64,000 nucleotides of DNA from Lachnospiraceae bacterium (GTDB lineage: Bacteria > Bacillota > Clostridia > Lachnospirales > Lachnospiraceae): the NCBI GenBank assembly GCA_045600945.1, contig JAZRYX010000027.1, forward strand, positions 1,730 through 65,729, given 5' to 3'. Position 1 is the first letter of the stretch. Each line of letters starts with the position of its first letter. The notes under the pieces were generated by a model. That model made no database searches. It worked only from the letters and a program-made list of their open reading frames with translations, and was not told the origin of the DNA. Shown piece by piece: positions 40,942 to 51,268 of this stretch. The position numbers and the translations under genes are program-made.

Positions 40942-42090
40942 CTATTTAACTTCTACCCACTTTTGAGTCTTTGTAGACTCAAGGCAGGCATCAACGAGTT
41001 TAAGTACATACCAGCCCGTTGCGAATGTAGCATATGACTGCTCTTCATTCTGGTATGTTCCGGCCTTTACCGCACTGTAGAACTCATTGATTCCGTTCTT
41101 TAAAGCATCTTTCCATGCAACTGCATGTCCTTCGGGGATAGGTGCAAATCTTGCTGCATCACCCGTTACGGTTCCTGCCGATGCATAGATAAGTCTGTTT
41201 CCGTCAACTCTGTCACAGACATGAAGTTTATCAGCATTTTCCTGCTCCCATTTCATGGAGTACCTGGATGTATCCACCTCAAGCATAAGATCGTTCTTGT
41301 GTCCGCCGCTTATCTGTGAGATAGTCGTTGTTCCGAGCGTGCCGTCTTCAAACTCAACCATGATAACTGCCAGATCCTCGGAATCGATCTTCACTGTCTC
41401 GCCCTTGCCGTCATTTTTAGCAAATGTTGCAACTTCCGCAAGCGGTTTTATTCTCTCCGGGATAACCGTGTCAAGCTTTGCAAAAACCTTTGTAATCTTC
41501 TTTCCCACTGTGAACTGTGCCGTATCAAACCAGTGTGAACCGATGTCTGCTACCGCACGTGATACACCGTTTCTTGCAGGATCGAGTCTCCATGAGAAAT
41601 CAGTGTCATACATAAGCCAGTCCTGAAGATAATGTCCGTGAACGAAAAATACCTTTCCTGCGTCACCGCTCTTAATGCGCTCATGCATATCGCGAACCAT
41701 TGCGTTATTTCTGTAGTTGAAGTTTACTGCGTTCGGAACTTTCTTTTCTGCTGCAAGTTTTGTAAGTTCCTCACCCTGCTTCGAATCAAGTGCAAGCGGT
41801 TTCTCACAATATACACCGCATCCCTGCTCCATGGCATATTTCGCAACTTCATAATGAAGGAAGTTGGGTGTACAGATATGAACCACATCCGGCTTGATTT
41901 CTGCCAGCATTACTTTATAGTCTGTGTAATATTTCGGAATCCCGAGCTGTTCGGCATATTTCTTTGCTGCCGCCTCGTTTACATCAGCGATAGCTGCAAC
42001 CTCTACTCCCGGTATTCTGTGAAGTGCTTCAGAATGAACAACACCCATCATTCCCGATCCGACGATAACAGATTTAATCATACTATTCAC
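40942..42090 (-). CDS. Gfo/Idh/MocA family oxidoreductase
   Basis: The N-terminal Rossmann fold VIVGSGMMGVVHSEAL..., then ...VYCEKPLAL..., is typical of the family; 382 aa. Confidence 0.85.
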   Translation of the reverse strand: MNSMIKSVIVGSGMMGVVHSEALHRIPGVEVAAIADVNEAAAKKYAEQLGIPKYYTDYKVMLAEIKPDVVHICTPNFLHYEVAKYAMEQGCGVYCEKPLALDSKQGEELTKLAAEKKVPNAVNFNYRNNAMVRDMHERIKSGDAGKVFFVHGHYLQDWLMYDTDFSWRLDPARNGVSRAVADIGSHWFDTAQFTVGKKITKVFAKLDTVIPERIKPLAEVATFAKNDGKGETVKIDSEDLAVIMVEFEDGTLGTTTISQISGGHKNDLMLEVDTSRYSMKWEQENADKLHVCDRVDGNRLIYASAGTVTGDAARFAPIPEGHAVAWKDALKNGINEFYSAVKAGTYQNEEQSYATFATGWYVLKLVDACLESTKTQKWVEVK

Positions 42091-42108
42091 CTTTCCTTCT
42101 TATTATTT

Positions 42109-43803
42109 TTATTTATTTAATTTAAATGATGACTTGAGGCTGACTATACGGTTAAATACCGGGGAACCCGGCTTTGAATCTTTGCAGTCAGCACAGAAGA
42201 AACCATTACGTACAAACTGGAAGCTATCGTATACTTTCGCTTCTGCAAGCTGAGGTTCTACGTAGCAATCATTAAGAACAGTAAGTGAATTCGGATTGAG
42301 GTTGAGAGAGCCGTCCTCATTGAGTTTGCCTTTTTCCTCGTCAACGATATTCTCATATAGTCTTACGGTAACTTTTTTGCACTCGCCGGCATTTACCCAA
42401 TGTATGGTTCCTTTGACTTTACGCTCAACTTCCATTCCGTTCTTTGTCATAGGATCATATGTTGCATGTACAACCGTTACGTTGCCGTTTTCATCTTTCT
42501 CGCATCCGGTACATGTTACGAAATAAGCACCCATAAGTCTTACTTCATTACCCGGGAAGAGTCTGAAATACTTCTTCGGCGGTTCTTCCATGAAGTCTTC
42601 TCTTTCGATCCACAGCTCACGTCCGAATAGCAGTTCGCGCTCTCCGAGCTCAGGATTTTCGAGATTGAGCGGCATCGGAAGTTTCTCGCTCTGTCCCTGG
42701 GGATAGTTATCGATGACGAGTTTTATCGGATCAAGGATAGCCATCATTCTCGGTGCCTTGAGTTTGAGATCTTCACGGATACAGTACTCAAGCATCGCAT
42801 AGTCAACCGATGAATTGGCCTTGCTGAGTCCTACAAGCTCGACGAACTTCTTGATGGATTCCGGCGTGTATCCGCGGCGGCGAAGTGCTGCGATGGATAC
42901 GAGTCTCGGATCATCCCATCCGTCAACGATTCCGTCTTCGACAAGTTTCTTGATATATCTCTTTCCCGTAACTACATTTGTGAGATAAAGTTTTGCGAAC
43001 TCTATCTGACGCGGTTTCGGGTCAAATTCGCACTCTGTTACAACCCAGTCATAAAGCGGACGATGGTCTTCGAACTCAAGCGTACAGATGGAATGTGTGA
43101 TGCCTTCGATTGCATCCTCGATCGGATGCGCGAAATCATACATAGGATAGATGCACCACTTGTCGCCCTGACGGTGATGACTCTGATGAGCTACACGATA
43201 GATGACCGGATCACGCATATTGATGTTGGGTGATGCCATATCGATCTTGGCACGAAGCACTCTCGCTCCGTCCTCGATGACACCGCTTCTCATCTCCTCG
43301 AATAACCTTAAGTTCTCTTCGATGCTTCTGTCACGATACGGTGAGTTCTTACCGGGTGTATTGAAATCACCTCTGGTCTCACGTATCTCGTCTGCGCTTA
43401 AATCACATACAAATGCTTTGCCTTTCTTTATGAGCTTTACGGCACATTCATACATGGTCTCAAAATAATCGGATGCGAAGAAGAGTCTGTCTTCAAAGTC
43501 TGCACCGAGCCACTTAACATCGGCGATGATTGACTGAACAAACTCATCTTTTTCTTTCGTCGGGTTCGTATCGTCAAATCTCATATTAAACTTTCCGCCA
43601 TACTCCTGAGCAAGTCCGTAGTTTGTAAGTATGGACTTGGCATGTCCGATATGCAGATATCCGTTCGGTTCCGGAGGAAATCTGGTCTGCACATGGTCAT
43701 ACACTCCATCCGCAAGATCTTTTTCTATTTCTGTTTCAATAAAGTTTTTGGAAACTCTCTCTTCCTGACTTTCTTCAATGTTGTTCTTAATTTCTTCGCT
43801 CAT
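42109..43803 (-). CDS. glnS: Glutamine--tRNA ligase
   Basis: [17 protein letters not shown] (HIGH), 564 aa, and a GlnRS-type C-terminal anticodon-binding region. Confidence 0.9.
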   Translation of the reverse strand: MSEEIKNNIEESQEERVSKNFIETEIEKDLADGVYDHVQTRFPPEPNGYLHIGHAKSILTNYGLAQEYGGKFNMRFDDTNPTKEKDEFVQSIIADVKWLGADFEDRLFFASDYFETMYECAVKLIKKGKAFVCDLSADEIRETRGDFNTPGKNSPYRDRSIEENLRLFEEMRSGVIEDGARVLRAKIDMASPNINMRDPVIYRVAHQSHHRQGDKWCIYPMYDFAHPIEDAIEGITHSICTLEFEDHRPLYDWVVTECEFDPKPRQIEFAKLYLTNVVTGKRYIKKLVEDGIVDGWDDPRLVSIAALRRRGYTPESIKKFVELVGLSKANSSVDYAMLEYCIREDLKLKAPRMMAILDPIKLVIDNYPQGQSEKLPMPLNLENPELGERELLFGRELWIEREDFMEEPPKKYFRLFPGNEVRLMGAYFVTCTGCEKDENGNVTVVHATYDPMTKNGMEVERKVKGTIHWVNAGECKKVTVRLYENIVDEEKGKLNEDGSLNLNPNSLTVLNDCYVEPQLAEAKVYDSFQFVRNGFFCADCKDSKPGSPVFNRIVSLKSSFKLNK

Positions 43804-43815
43804 ATATACTCCCCG

Positions 43816-44877
43816 TCATCCTACCAGCTTCTCTGCCTGATCTGCGGCAATTAGGCTGTTAAGGATCTCATTAATGTCCCCGTTCATTATCTCTTTTATT
43901 CTGTAAGATGTAAAGTTTATTCTGTGATCCGTAACTCTGTTCTGAGGGAAATTGTACGTTCTGACCTTTTCGGATCTGTCGCCCGTACCGATCTGGCTCT
44001 TACGCTCTGCCGATTCGGCTTTCTGCTGTTTTGACAGTTCCAGGTCATACAGTTTCGATCTAAGCAGTGCGAATGCTTTATTCTTATTCTGAAGCTGCGA
44101 CTTCTCAGTCTGTGAGTAAATAACAATACCCGTAGGAATATGTGTAAGTCTCACGGCTGAGTCTGTCGTATTGACGCACTGACCTCCGTTTCCGGATGCA
44201 CGGCACACATCGATTCTACAGTCATTCATATCGATCTGCACATCGACCTCTTCGGCCTCAGGCATGACTGCAACGGATGCTGTCGATGTATGTATCCTTC
44301 CGCCCGATTCCGTCTCGGGCACACGCTGGACTCTGTGAACCCCGGATTCGTACTTAAGCTTCGAGTAAGCACCCTTTCCGGTCACCATGGCCTCTATTTC
44401 CTTGATGCCTCCGAGTCCCGTATCATTGATATTGACTATATCGACCTTCCACCCCTGCGCATCACAGAAATGCTGATACATCCTGAACAGTTCCGCCGCA
44501 AAAAGTGCCGCTTCCTCTCCTCCTGCTCCCGCACGAATCTCAAGTACGATGTTCTTGTCATCGTTGGGATCTTTCGGGAGAAGCATTATACGCAGTTCTT
44601 CTTCCAGCTGTTCCAGTCGCTTTTTGGCATCAGAAAGTTCTTCTTTGGCCATATCCCGCATATCGTCATCATTTTCCGTTTCGAGTATCTCGAGCGCTAC
44701 GGCCTCATCTTCTTTTGCCTGTTTATACTTTTTATATGCATCGACAAGCGGGAGCAGATCCGACTGCTCCTTCATGAGTTTTCTGAAACGGTTCTGGTCA
44801 TTTGCCACTTCCTGACTTCCCAGTTCCGCCATAATCTCCTCATAATGTTTTAAGATGTCTTCTAAATTGTCGAACAT
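43816..44877 (-). CDS. prfA: Peptide chain release factor 1
   Basis: The GGQ motif ([21 protein letters not shown]) is present. The tripeptide region fits PxT-type RF1, and the RF1 length (353 aa) and prmC neighbourhood are consistent. Confidence 0.93.
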   Translation of the reverse strand: MFDNLEDILKHYEEIMAELGSQEVANDQNRFRKLMKEQSDLLPLVDAYKKYKQAKEDEAVALEILETENDDDMRDMAKEELSDAKKRLEQLEEELRIMLLPKDPNDDKNIVLEIRAGAGGEEAALFAAELFRMYQHFCDAQGWKVDIVNINDTGLGGIKEIEAMVTGKGAYSKLKYESGVHRVQRVPETESGGRIHTSTASVAVMPEAEEVDVQIDMNDCRIDVCRASGNGGQCVNTTDSAVRLTHIPTGIVIYSQTEKSQLQNKNKAFALLRSKLYDLELSKQQKAESAERKSQIGTGDRSEKVRTYNFPQNRVTDHRINFTSYRIKEIMNGDINEILNSLIAADQAEKLVG

Positions 44878-46655
44878 ATAACTCTGTCCAGTCCTGATAA
44901 GTCTTTTACGACTTCAATGTTTTTGTATCCTTTTTCTTTAAGGAGTCCTCTCACTTCTTCTGCCTGATCGTATCCGATTTCGAGATAGAGCTTTCCTCCT
45001 TTATGTAAATGCTTGCACGCCTCGGCTGCGATTATGCGGTAAAACTTAAGTCCGTCCGGTCCTGCATCGAGTGCCATCCTCGGTTCATGATCTTTGACTT
45101 CCGTCATCAGTTCTTCGCATACCGCGCTTTTTATATACGGAGGGTTGCTGACGATGATATCAAGTTCGGTAAGGTCATCGAGTTCGTCAAACATATCGCT
45201 TTCATAAAATGTTATATCTACGCCGTTTCTTTCGGCATTGGCATCTGCGATTTCAAGTGCCGCACGCGATATATCCGATCCATAGACTTTCCTGTATCCA
45301 CCGAGTTTGGCAAGTGCGATTGCTATGCATCCGCTGCCTGTACATAAGTCGAGAACCGATACATCGCTGTCTTTATTATCTGTGAGGACTTTTTCGACCA
45401 TGACTTCTGTATCAAATCGCGGCACGAGTACATTTTCATCTACGTATAAATTGAGTCCGCAGAAATTTGACTCATGGGTTATGTACTGGAGCGGGACGCC
45501 TGATTGTCTCAGTGCTATCGCGTCTCTGTATTTTTGGATTTTGTCTTCCGGTACCTGAGATGTCGTATATTGCTCAAGCAGCTGCGGCATGTCTATTTCG
45601 CATGCCCACAGCAGAAGCAGGCGGGCGTCGTTTTCGCCTTCCTGCTGCTTAAACAATGCTATGCGGCCTTCGTCGTATAAATCATAGTAACTTTTCTCGG
45701 GGAATCCGTCAGGATATAGCTCCGGGAAGTTTTCGGTGAGAAACGCTTTCCAGTCAAATACCTCCTTCGTTGCGGCGATGGCAACCTCGCACATATCCGG
45801 AGTAGGTTCCTTGGTCGTAAGTCCCTGCATCCACATGCCCGGACGGCTGAGGATGTTAATGATAGGGTTCTCACTGCGGCCCGCAATACGCAGGAACTCA
45901 TATGAAACACCTGCAATCACCGGTATAAGAAGTATCCTGCTGAGTGCTCGCATTGCCAGATTATCTATACGGATAACCATGAAAAACAGGATGCTGATTA
46001 TCATTACTATAATAATAAAACTCGTACCGCAGCGCTTATGCTCTTTCGAACTGGCCATAACATTATCAACCGTAAGTTCTTTTCCGAGTTCCACGCAGTT
46101 GATGCACTTATGCTCTGCACCGTGATACATGAATGTTCTGTTGATGTCGTCCATGAGCGAGATCAGCTTGATGTATCCGACAAAAATGGCGATTCTGATA
46201 AGTCCCTCAAGAAGTGCCATAACAGTATGACTCTTTATGACATTTTTAAGAAGATTGCTTATGAACATCGGAAGCAGCATAAAAAGTCCGACTGCCAGAA
46301 TAATAGCGATAACAACAGCGAAATCCATGATAATCTTCTCTGTCTTATCTCCGAACTTTTTGTAAAGCCATGCTTCAAACTTGGACGGTTCTTCATCTTC
46401 CTCTATTCCGAGCATATCTGCTGAAAGAGTTATGGTTTTAAGTCCTAAGGTAAGTGAATTGATAAATGAGAAGATGCCGCGAATAAACGGCCAGCCGCAT
46501 ATCTTATGCTTGCTCGCTATTGATTCTGTCTTCTGGAGACTTACCGCTATTTCTTTATCGGGTTTTCTGACGGCGATAGCATACTTGTCTTTGTTCATCA
46601 TCATGATGCCTTCAAGTACTGCCTGACCGCCTATGCCGCTATATACCCTTTTCAT
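44862..46655 (-). CDS. prmC: Fusion protein: N-terminal DUF1385 (YqhQ-like) membrane domain plus C-terminal release-factor glutamine methyltransferase PrmC/HemK
   Basis: The N-terminal ~300 aa have [12 protein letters not shown]...[11 protein letters not shown] (DUF1385 hallmarks) and several TM segments. The C-terminal part has [16 protein letters not shown] and IVSNPPYI (the NPPY catalytic motif). Confidence 0.85.
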   Translation of the reverse strand: MKRVYSGIGGQAVLEGIMMMNKDKYAIAVRKPDKEIAVSLQKTESIASKHKICGWPFIRGIFSFINSLTLGLKTITLSADMLGIEEDEEPSKFEAWLYKKFGDKTEKIIMDFAVVIAIILAVGLFMLLPMFISNLLKNVIKSHTVMALLEGLIRIAIFVGYIKLISLMDDINRTFMYHGAEHKCINCVELGKELTVDNVMASSKEHKRCGTSFIIIVMIISILFFMVIRIDNLAMRALSRILLIPVIAGVSYEFLRIAGRSENPIINILSRPGMWMQGLTTKEPTPDMCEVAIAATKEVFDWKAFLTENFPELYPDGFPEKSYYDLYDEGRIALFKQQEGENDARLLLLWACEIDMPQLLEQYTTSQVPEDKIQKYRDAIALRQSGVPLQYITHESNFCGLNLYVDENVLVPRFDTEVMVEKVLTDNKDSDVSVLDLCTGSGCIAIALAKLGGYRKVYGSDISRAALEIADANAERNGVDITFYESDMFDELDDLTELDIIVSNPPYIKSAVCEELMTEVKDHEPRMALDAGPDGLKFYRIIAAEACKHLHKGGKLYLEIGYDQAEEVRGLLKEKGYKNIEVVKDLSGLDRVICSTI

Positions 46656-46795
46656 CTATTGTCCTCATATACAGCTCGAAGCAAGCTGTTTCTCTGTGCT
46701 GTCTCAAAATGCGAACCGCTCTGCGGTTTGGTGTTTGGCGCCACTATCGCACAAAAAAAGAGCTCAGGTAATAAACCCGGCTCTCTTTATGATTT

Positions 46796-47005
46796 CTACT
46801 GCTCTGAACCCAAGCCGTATTTCTTGTTGAACTTATCAATACGTCCACGTGCCTGTGTAGCCTTCTGTGTTCCTGTATAGAACGGATGGCACTGTGAACA
46901 AATTTCAACGTGAATTTCTTTCTTTGTAGATCCTGTTGTAAATGTGTTACCGCAGTTGCATGTAACTGTTGCCTGCTGATACTCAGGATGTATTCCTTCT
47001 CTCAT
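46796..47005 (-). CDS. rpmE: 50S ribosomal protein L31
   Basis: [27 protein letters not shown]...[10 protein letters not shown] (Zn-ribbon type A L31). Confidence 0.95.
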   Translation of the reverse strand: MREGIHPEYQQATVTCNCGNTFTTGSTKKEIHVEICSQCHPFYTGTQKATQARGRIDKFNKKYGLGSEQ

Positions 47006-47059
47006 GATTAATACCTCTTTCTGATAATTTGCTGATTTCCAAACAGCTAAAACAGTATA

Positions 47060-47830
47060 TCACACCGTCATAGAGGTGTCAATAATAAGCCCTACCGGGC
47101 AATGATCCGATCCCATAACCTCCGGATATATGCTTGCTTCCTTTATTTTACAGGCTATCCTGTCTGAACAGATGAAGTAATCGATACGCCAACCCACGTT
47201 CTTGGCTCTGGCATTCATTCTGTATGACCACCAGGAATAAGCATCCGTTTTATCGGGGTATAAGTATCTGAATGTATCCGTGAATCCGTTTGAGAGCACC
47301 TCCGTCATTTTAGCGCGTTCCTCGTCAGTAAAGCCGGCATTTCCCTTGTTGCTTTTCGGGTTCTTAAGATCTATCTCCTCATGCGCTACATTAAGATCGC
47401 CACAATATATCACAGGTTTCTTCTTATCGAGTTCCTTGATGTATCCGAGGAAATCCGTCTCCCAGCTCATCCTGTAATCAAGCCTCGTCAGCTCATGCTG
47501 AGCGTTAGGCGTGTAACAGGTTATCATATAGAAGCCCGGATACTCTGCAGTGATTACACGACCTTCGTGGTCATGCTCATCGACTCCGATTCCGTATGTA
47601 ACCGACAGGGGTTTTTCTTTCGTGAAGATTGCAGTCCCCGAATAACCTTTCTTGTCGGCATAGTTCCAGAAATCAAAATATCCCGGCAGGTCCAGTTCTA
47701 TCTGACCTTCCTGAAGCTTTGTCTCCTGTACACAGAAAATGTCGGCATCCGATTCATGAAAGAAATCCAGAAATCCTTTTCCGACCGCGGCGCGCAGGCC
47801 GTTAACATTCCAACTGATTAATTTAATCAT
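47060..47830 (-). CDS. xth: Exodeoxyribonuclease III
   Basis: MIKLISWNVNGLRAAV...FCVQETK...GDLNVAH...SDHCPV. The start is placed at the ATG at 47830, which overlaps the ABC-F stop by 8 nt. Confidence 0.9.
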   Translation of the reverse strand: MIKLISWNVNGLRAAVGKGFLDFFHESDADIFCVQETKLQEGQIELDLPGYFDFWNYADKKGYSGTAIFTKEKPLSVTYGIGVDEHDHEGRVITAEYPGFYMITCYTPNAQHELTRLDYRMSWETDFLGYIKELDKKKPVIYCGDLNVAHEEIDLKNPKSNKGNAGFTDEERAKMTEVLSNGFTDTFRYLYPDKTDAYSWWSYRMNARAKNVGWRIDYFICSDRIACKIKEASIYPEVMGSDHCPVGLIIDTSMTV

Positions 47831-49460
47831 CTGACTCCTCTGATTCTGAAACGGTATATGTAAATCTCTTACGGGCCGTGATATCGCTCTCAAGATACTC
47901 GTCGTATGTGGTCATCTTGTCAACGAGCTTGCCGTCAATGATTTCCATGATACGGTTAGCCGTAGTCTGAACGACCTGATGATCTCGTGATGAGAAAAGC
48001 AGAACGCCCGGGAACTTCATAAGTCCGTTGTTGAGTGCCTGAATCGACTCCATGTCCAGATGGTCGGTAGGCTCATCGAGGATAAGAACATTAGCTGCGC
48101 TTATCATGAGTTTCGACAACATAACCCTTACTTTCTCACCACCGGAAAGGACCTTTACATATTTGATTCCGTCCTCGCCTGCGAAGAGCATTCTTCCGAG
48201 GAATCCTCTAACATATGTGACGTCCTTGTTATCGGAATATTGCGTGAGCCACTCTGTTATATTTTCACTTCCTGAGAAATCTTTGGTATTGTCCTTAGGG
48301 AAGTAGCTGACCTTTGTCGTAAGACCCCATTTGTAATCACCTTCATCCGGCTCAAGTTCTCCGGCAAGTATCCTGAACAGAGTCGTCTTTGCCTTCTCGT
48401 TCGGTCCGACAAATGCAACCTTGTCAGTACGATTAAGAATGAAGCTTACATCGTCGAGAACTTTTTCTCCGTCGATGGTCTTGGAAAGATGTGATACCTC
48501 CAGTACTTCATTTCCGATCTCACGCTCCGGTCTGAAATCAATGAACGGATATTTTCTCGATGACGGTCTGATATCATCAAGCTCGATTTTCTCGAGTGCT
48601 CTCTTGCGGGCGGTTGCCTGTTTGGACTTGGCAGCATTTGCAGAGAATCTTGCGATGAACTCTCTGAGTTCTTTGATTTTCTCTTCTTTCTTTCTGTTGG
48701 CCTCTTTCATCTGACGAACCATCAGCTGTGATGACTCTGACCAGAAATCATAGTTGCCGGTGTATAGCTGTATCTTGCCGTAATCGATATCTGCGATCAT
48801 GGTGCAGACTTTATTAAGGAAGTATCTGTCGTGGGAAACAACGATAACCGTATTCTCAAAATTGATAAGGAACTCCTCAAGCCAGGCGATGGCATCAAGA
48901 TCCAGATGGTTCGTAGGCTCATCAAGAAGAAGTATATCCGGATTACCGAAAAGCGCTCTTGCAAGAAGCACTTTTACTTTGATGGCACCCGGCAAATCTC
49001 CCATCTTCTGATAATGATATTCTGTATCCACTCCGAGACCGTTAAGAAGATTTTCCGCATCCGACTCTGCTTCCCATCCGTTCATCTGAGCGAAGTCCGC
49101 CTCAAGCTCAGCCGCCTTGATTCCGTCTTCGTCCGTGAAATCCTCTTTGGCATATATGGCATCCTTTTCCTTCATTACATCATAAAGGTGCTGGTTGCCC
49201 ATGATTACGCAATCCAAAACCTGATAGTCGTCGTATTTAAACTGATCCTGCTCAAGGAAAGACAGTCGCTGTCCTGCCGTCATCGTCACATCACCGTTAG
49301 TAGGTTCAAGATTACCCGAAAGTATCCTTAAAAATGTTGACTTTCCCGCACCGTTTGCTCCGATGAGTCCGTAACAGTTTCCCTCCAGAAACTTGATATT
49401 GACGTCTTCAAATAAAGCTTTCTTTCCGAGTCTTAAAGTTACATTACTTGCCTGAATCAT
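47823..49460 (-). CDS. ABC-F family ATPase (YbiT-like, two ABC domains, no TM domain)
   Basis: MIQASNVTLRLGKKALFEDVNIKF..GLIGANGAGKST (Walker A1), LLLDEPTNHLD, second Walker A GPNEKAKTT, LILDEPTDHLD. The start is the ATG at 49460, with AAGGAG 9 nt upstream. Confidence 0.88.
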   Translation of the reverse strand: MIQASNVTLRLGKKALFEDVNIKFLEGNCYGLIGANGAGKSTFLRILSGNLEPTNGDVTMTAGQRLSFLEQDQFKYDDYQVLDCVIMGNQHLYDVMKEKDAIYAKEDFTDEDGIKAAELEADFAQMNGWEAESDAENLLNGLGVDTEYHYQKMGDLPGAIKVKVLLARALFGNPDILLLDEPTNHLDLDAIAWLEEFLINFENTVIVVSHDRYFLNKVCTMIADIDYGKIQLYTGNYDFWSESSQLMVRQMKEANRKKEEKIKELREFIARFSANAAKSKQATARKRALEKIELDDIRPSSRKYPFIDFRPEREIGNEVLEVSHLSKTIDGEKVLDDVSFILNRTDKVAFVGPNEKAKTTLFRILAGELEPDEGDYKWGLTTKVSYFPKDNTKDFSGSENITEWLTQYSDNKDVTYVRGFLGRMLFAGEDGIKYVKVLSGGEKVRVMLSKLMISAANVLILDEPTDHLDMESIQALNNGLMKFPGVLLFSSRDHQVVQTTANRIMEIIDGKLVDKMTTYDEYLESDITARKRFTYTVSESEESDD

Positions 49461-49538
49461 ATCGATCATCTCCTTATCTATTGCGTAAACAGTATACCAC
49501 ACTTTTAAGGCAGGCCGCAATGCGGCTTAAATGAATTC

Positions 49539-49550
49539 AAATAGCTATTT
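49539..49550. promoter_or_regulatory. Palindromic operator candidate, copy 1 (AAATAGCTATTT)
   Basis: A perfect 12-bp palindrome in the divergent intergenic region between the ABC-F and phd-like genes. Confidence 0.55.
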
Positions 49551-49584
49551 TTTTATATAATTTTTATATATCTTAAAAATAATG

Positions 49585-49613
49585 TTGCAAAATAGCTATT
49601 TTTAGTGTAGAAT
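49585..49613 (+). promoter_or_regulatory. Sigma-A promoter of the phd/yefM-like gene, with palindromic operator copy 2 (49589-49602) in the spacer
   Basis: TTGCAA-17 nt-TAGAAT. The spacer begins with AAAATAGCTATTTT, a 14-bp perfect palindrome with the same core as copy 1. Confidence 0.6.
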
Positions 49614-49644
49614 TTAGTTCATTGAAGGACGGAGTATTTCGTTT

Positions 49645-49860
49645 ATGAATATTGATTCAAAAACCATAATCTCTGTCACTGCAGCTAATCAGAATTTTTC
49701 CAAGGTCGTAAAGATGGTTGAAGAAAATGGAGAAGCAGTCATATTCAAACGTAATAAACCGAGATATATGATGATCGACATTAACAATTTCAAAATCGCA
49801 GACAAGGCATTTGAACAGCTTAAGGATTGGCAAAAAGAAAGTAAAGGGAAGAAAGCATGA
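49645..49860 (+). CDS. Phd/YefM family antitoxin-like protein
   Basis: 71 aa. ISVTAANQNFSKVVKMVEENGEAVIFKRNKPRYMMIDI matches the Phd/YefM N-terminal fold pattern (ARANLSKLLDEV..GEPVIITRRGKP.AVLV). Confidence 0.75.
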   Translation: MNIDSKTIISVTAANQNFSKVVKMVEENGEAVIFKRNKPRYMMIDINNFKIADKAFEQLKDWQKESKGKKA

Positions 49861-50339
49861 TAAGCTTCAGGACGGATATACAGCAAAAAAGAGACAGCAA
49901 AGCTGGCAGGCTTAAATCGCTTGTGCTTGTTAATCTGTGTCTTGCTTTATTATGCATAGCAACATTCGGAACATCAGCCTTTGTAGTCAGAGCAAATGCT
50001 GCCAATTATGAAACCGAAAAGAAGACAACGGCCGGCTGGTACGGGATTGATGACGACGGGCGTACTCTCTCGGTTCACCTTGATGGGAATATTAAAGGAT
50101 ACGAATGGAAATACGGTCTTTCCAATTCAAAGTTAAGAGAGCTTCGCTTTATGGAGACCTCTGAAGAGCAAAGAAAGCTCGATAAGAATTATGACTGGAG
50201 TGCACATTTTACATCTTACCCGGATGTTGATGGGGATGTTATCCTGACGCTTCAGTATATAAGTGATTCTGATTCAAAATCTATAGACACAAGAACGATT
50301 CTTGTTCATATAGAAGACGGAATCATCAGTTTACTTTAA
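49857..50339 (+). CDS. Hypothetical signal-anchored protein, translationally coupled (ATGA) to the antitoxin-like gene
   Basis: 160 aa. It has a basic N-terminus, one TM (LVLVNLCLALLCIATFGTSAFVV), and an extracytoplasmic domain of about 115 aa. No toxin family is recognised. Confidence 0.55.
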   Translation: MISFRTDIQQKRDSKAGRLKSLVLVNLCLALLCIATFGTSAFVVRANAANYETEKKTTAGWYGIDDDGRTLSVHLDGNIKGYEWKYGLSNSKLRELRFMETSEEQRKLDKNYDWSAHFTSYPDVDGDVILTLQYISDSDSKSIDTRTILVHIEDGIISLL

Positions 50340-50358
50340 TTTGATCATTTCTCAGTCA

Positions 50359-50418
50359 GCAGTCCCTCGGACTCTCTCTCACCCGGCAACGGGCTTCCGG
50401 GGGACTGCGCATCCGTTT
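50359..50418 (+). terminator. Extended stem-loop with a GCAA tetraloop and short T-run (possible terminator)
   Basis: GCAGTCCC/GGGACTGC outer stem, CGGA/TCCG and CCCG-gcaa-CGGG inner stems, followed by ...CCGTTTTC. Confidence 0.4.
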
Positions 50419-50443
50419 TCATATAGAGAGAATCGTATTATTA

Positions 50444-50473
50444 TTGACAAATGCCGGCAAAATAGTCTATAAT
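50444..50473 (+). promoter_or_regulatory. Sigma-A promoter of tRNA-Pro
   Basis: TTGACA-18 nt-TATAAT, 23 nt upstream of the mature tRNA 5' end. Confidence 0.7.
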
Positions 50474-50496
50474 ACATCGCGTGCCTTAAAGGCAAT

Positions 50497-50570
50497 CGGG
50501 GTGTGGCTCAGTTTGGTAGAGTACCTGGTTTGGGACCAGGGGGCCGCAGGTTCGAACCCTGTCACCCCGA
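50497..50570 (+). tRNA. tRNA-Pro (anticodon UGG), CCA tail not encoded
   Basis: CGGGGTGTGGCTCAGTTTGGTAGAGTACCTGGTTTGGGACCAGGGGGCCGCAGGTTCGAACCCTGTCACCCCGA. It folds by hand into a cloverleaf with anticodon loop TTTGGGA, and a T7 run follows. Confidence 0.93.
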
Positions 50571-50735
50571 TTTTTTTGTACTTAAAAATCAATATTTTCT
50601 ATAACAAGTTCAGCAAATCGCTTGTAATTTTCACCTGAAACAACGGTTTCTTCAATTTTTGTTTCTAACGGAGATGTTTCATCTTAAATTAAGTAAAGTA
50701 TCCGGCTTTTCTTAAGAATTGTAAACACTACAACA

Positions 50736-51212
50736 ATGTACACCAGCGAATCCTGCAATTTCCGTAACGGTCCGTCTATGAACGCAGGCATAATCAGACA
50801 GATCCCCGCAAATGATCCTATATTTGTGTACCAGATCACTGACGGTTGGGCTGAGATTGACCACGGCAATACTCACGGATATATCAGCACAGATTTCATA
50901 AAGGGTATGGCGCCGGCACCGACTCCTACTCCGGCTCCGTCAGATATATCATGGGCATATCAGTATAATTGGTCAACAGTTTACAACTTCAATGATTACT
51001 GCGATCTCAACCAGGATATTGCAAAAGCTTTCGGCAACAATCCGACCGGTGCATTTGAACACTTCATCAGATTGGGTATGAATGAGGGTCGTCAGGCATC
51101 CAAGTCATGGAATATCCTTTCATATGCTCTGGCAAATCCGCATCTTATCGATAAGTTCGGAAGTTACTATCCTGCATACTATATGTCAGCTTGCAACATT
51201 CCGATTCACTAA
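50736..51212 (+). CDS. SH3b-domain protein lacking a signal peptide (probably an N-terminally truncated remnant)
   Basis: ...CNFRNGPSMNAGIIRQIPANDPIFVYQITDGWAEIDHGNTHGYIS is a bacterial SH3 domain. The domain appears to begin upstream of the first ATG, since the in-frame VNTTT precedes the Met and a stop lies at 50694. A Pro/Thr linker is followed by a C-terminal ...FEHFIRLGMNEGRQAS repeat-type module. Confidence 0.55.
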   Translation: MYTSESCNFRNGPSMNAGIIRQIPANDPIFVYQITDGWAEIDHGNTHGYISTDFIKGMAPAPTPTPAPSDISWAYQYNWSTVYNFNDYCDLNQDIAKAFGNNPTGAFEHFIRLGMNEGRQASKSWNILSYALANPHLIDKFGSYYPAYYMSACNIPIH

Positions 51213-51230
51213 TTAAACGCATCAAATCAA

Positions 51231-51268
51231 AAGAGCTTGCAGCATCAAACCGCAAGCTCTTATTTTTA
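51231..51268 (+). terminator. Bidirectional terminator between the SH3 gene and the end of the minus-strand cluster
   Basis: AAGAGCTTGC-11 nt-GCAAGCTCTT (10-bp perfect stem) followed by ATTTTTATTT, with an A-rich 5' flank. Confidence 0.8.

Noticed and set aside
46656-46795. Terminator after rpmE (AGAGCC...GCTCT plus a T7 run).
   Set aside because: The stem is only about 5-6 bp with a 16-nt loop, too weak to list as a feature. The T7 run alone is not sufficient evidence.
50570-51265. A direct repeat of the tRNA-Pro 3' end downstream, which would mark an att site of an integrated island.
   Set aside because: By eye, I found no second copy of ...CCTGTCACCCCGA or a substantial part of it within the window, so the island boundary cannot be supported.
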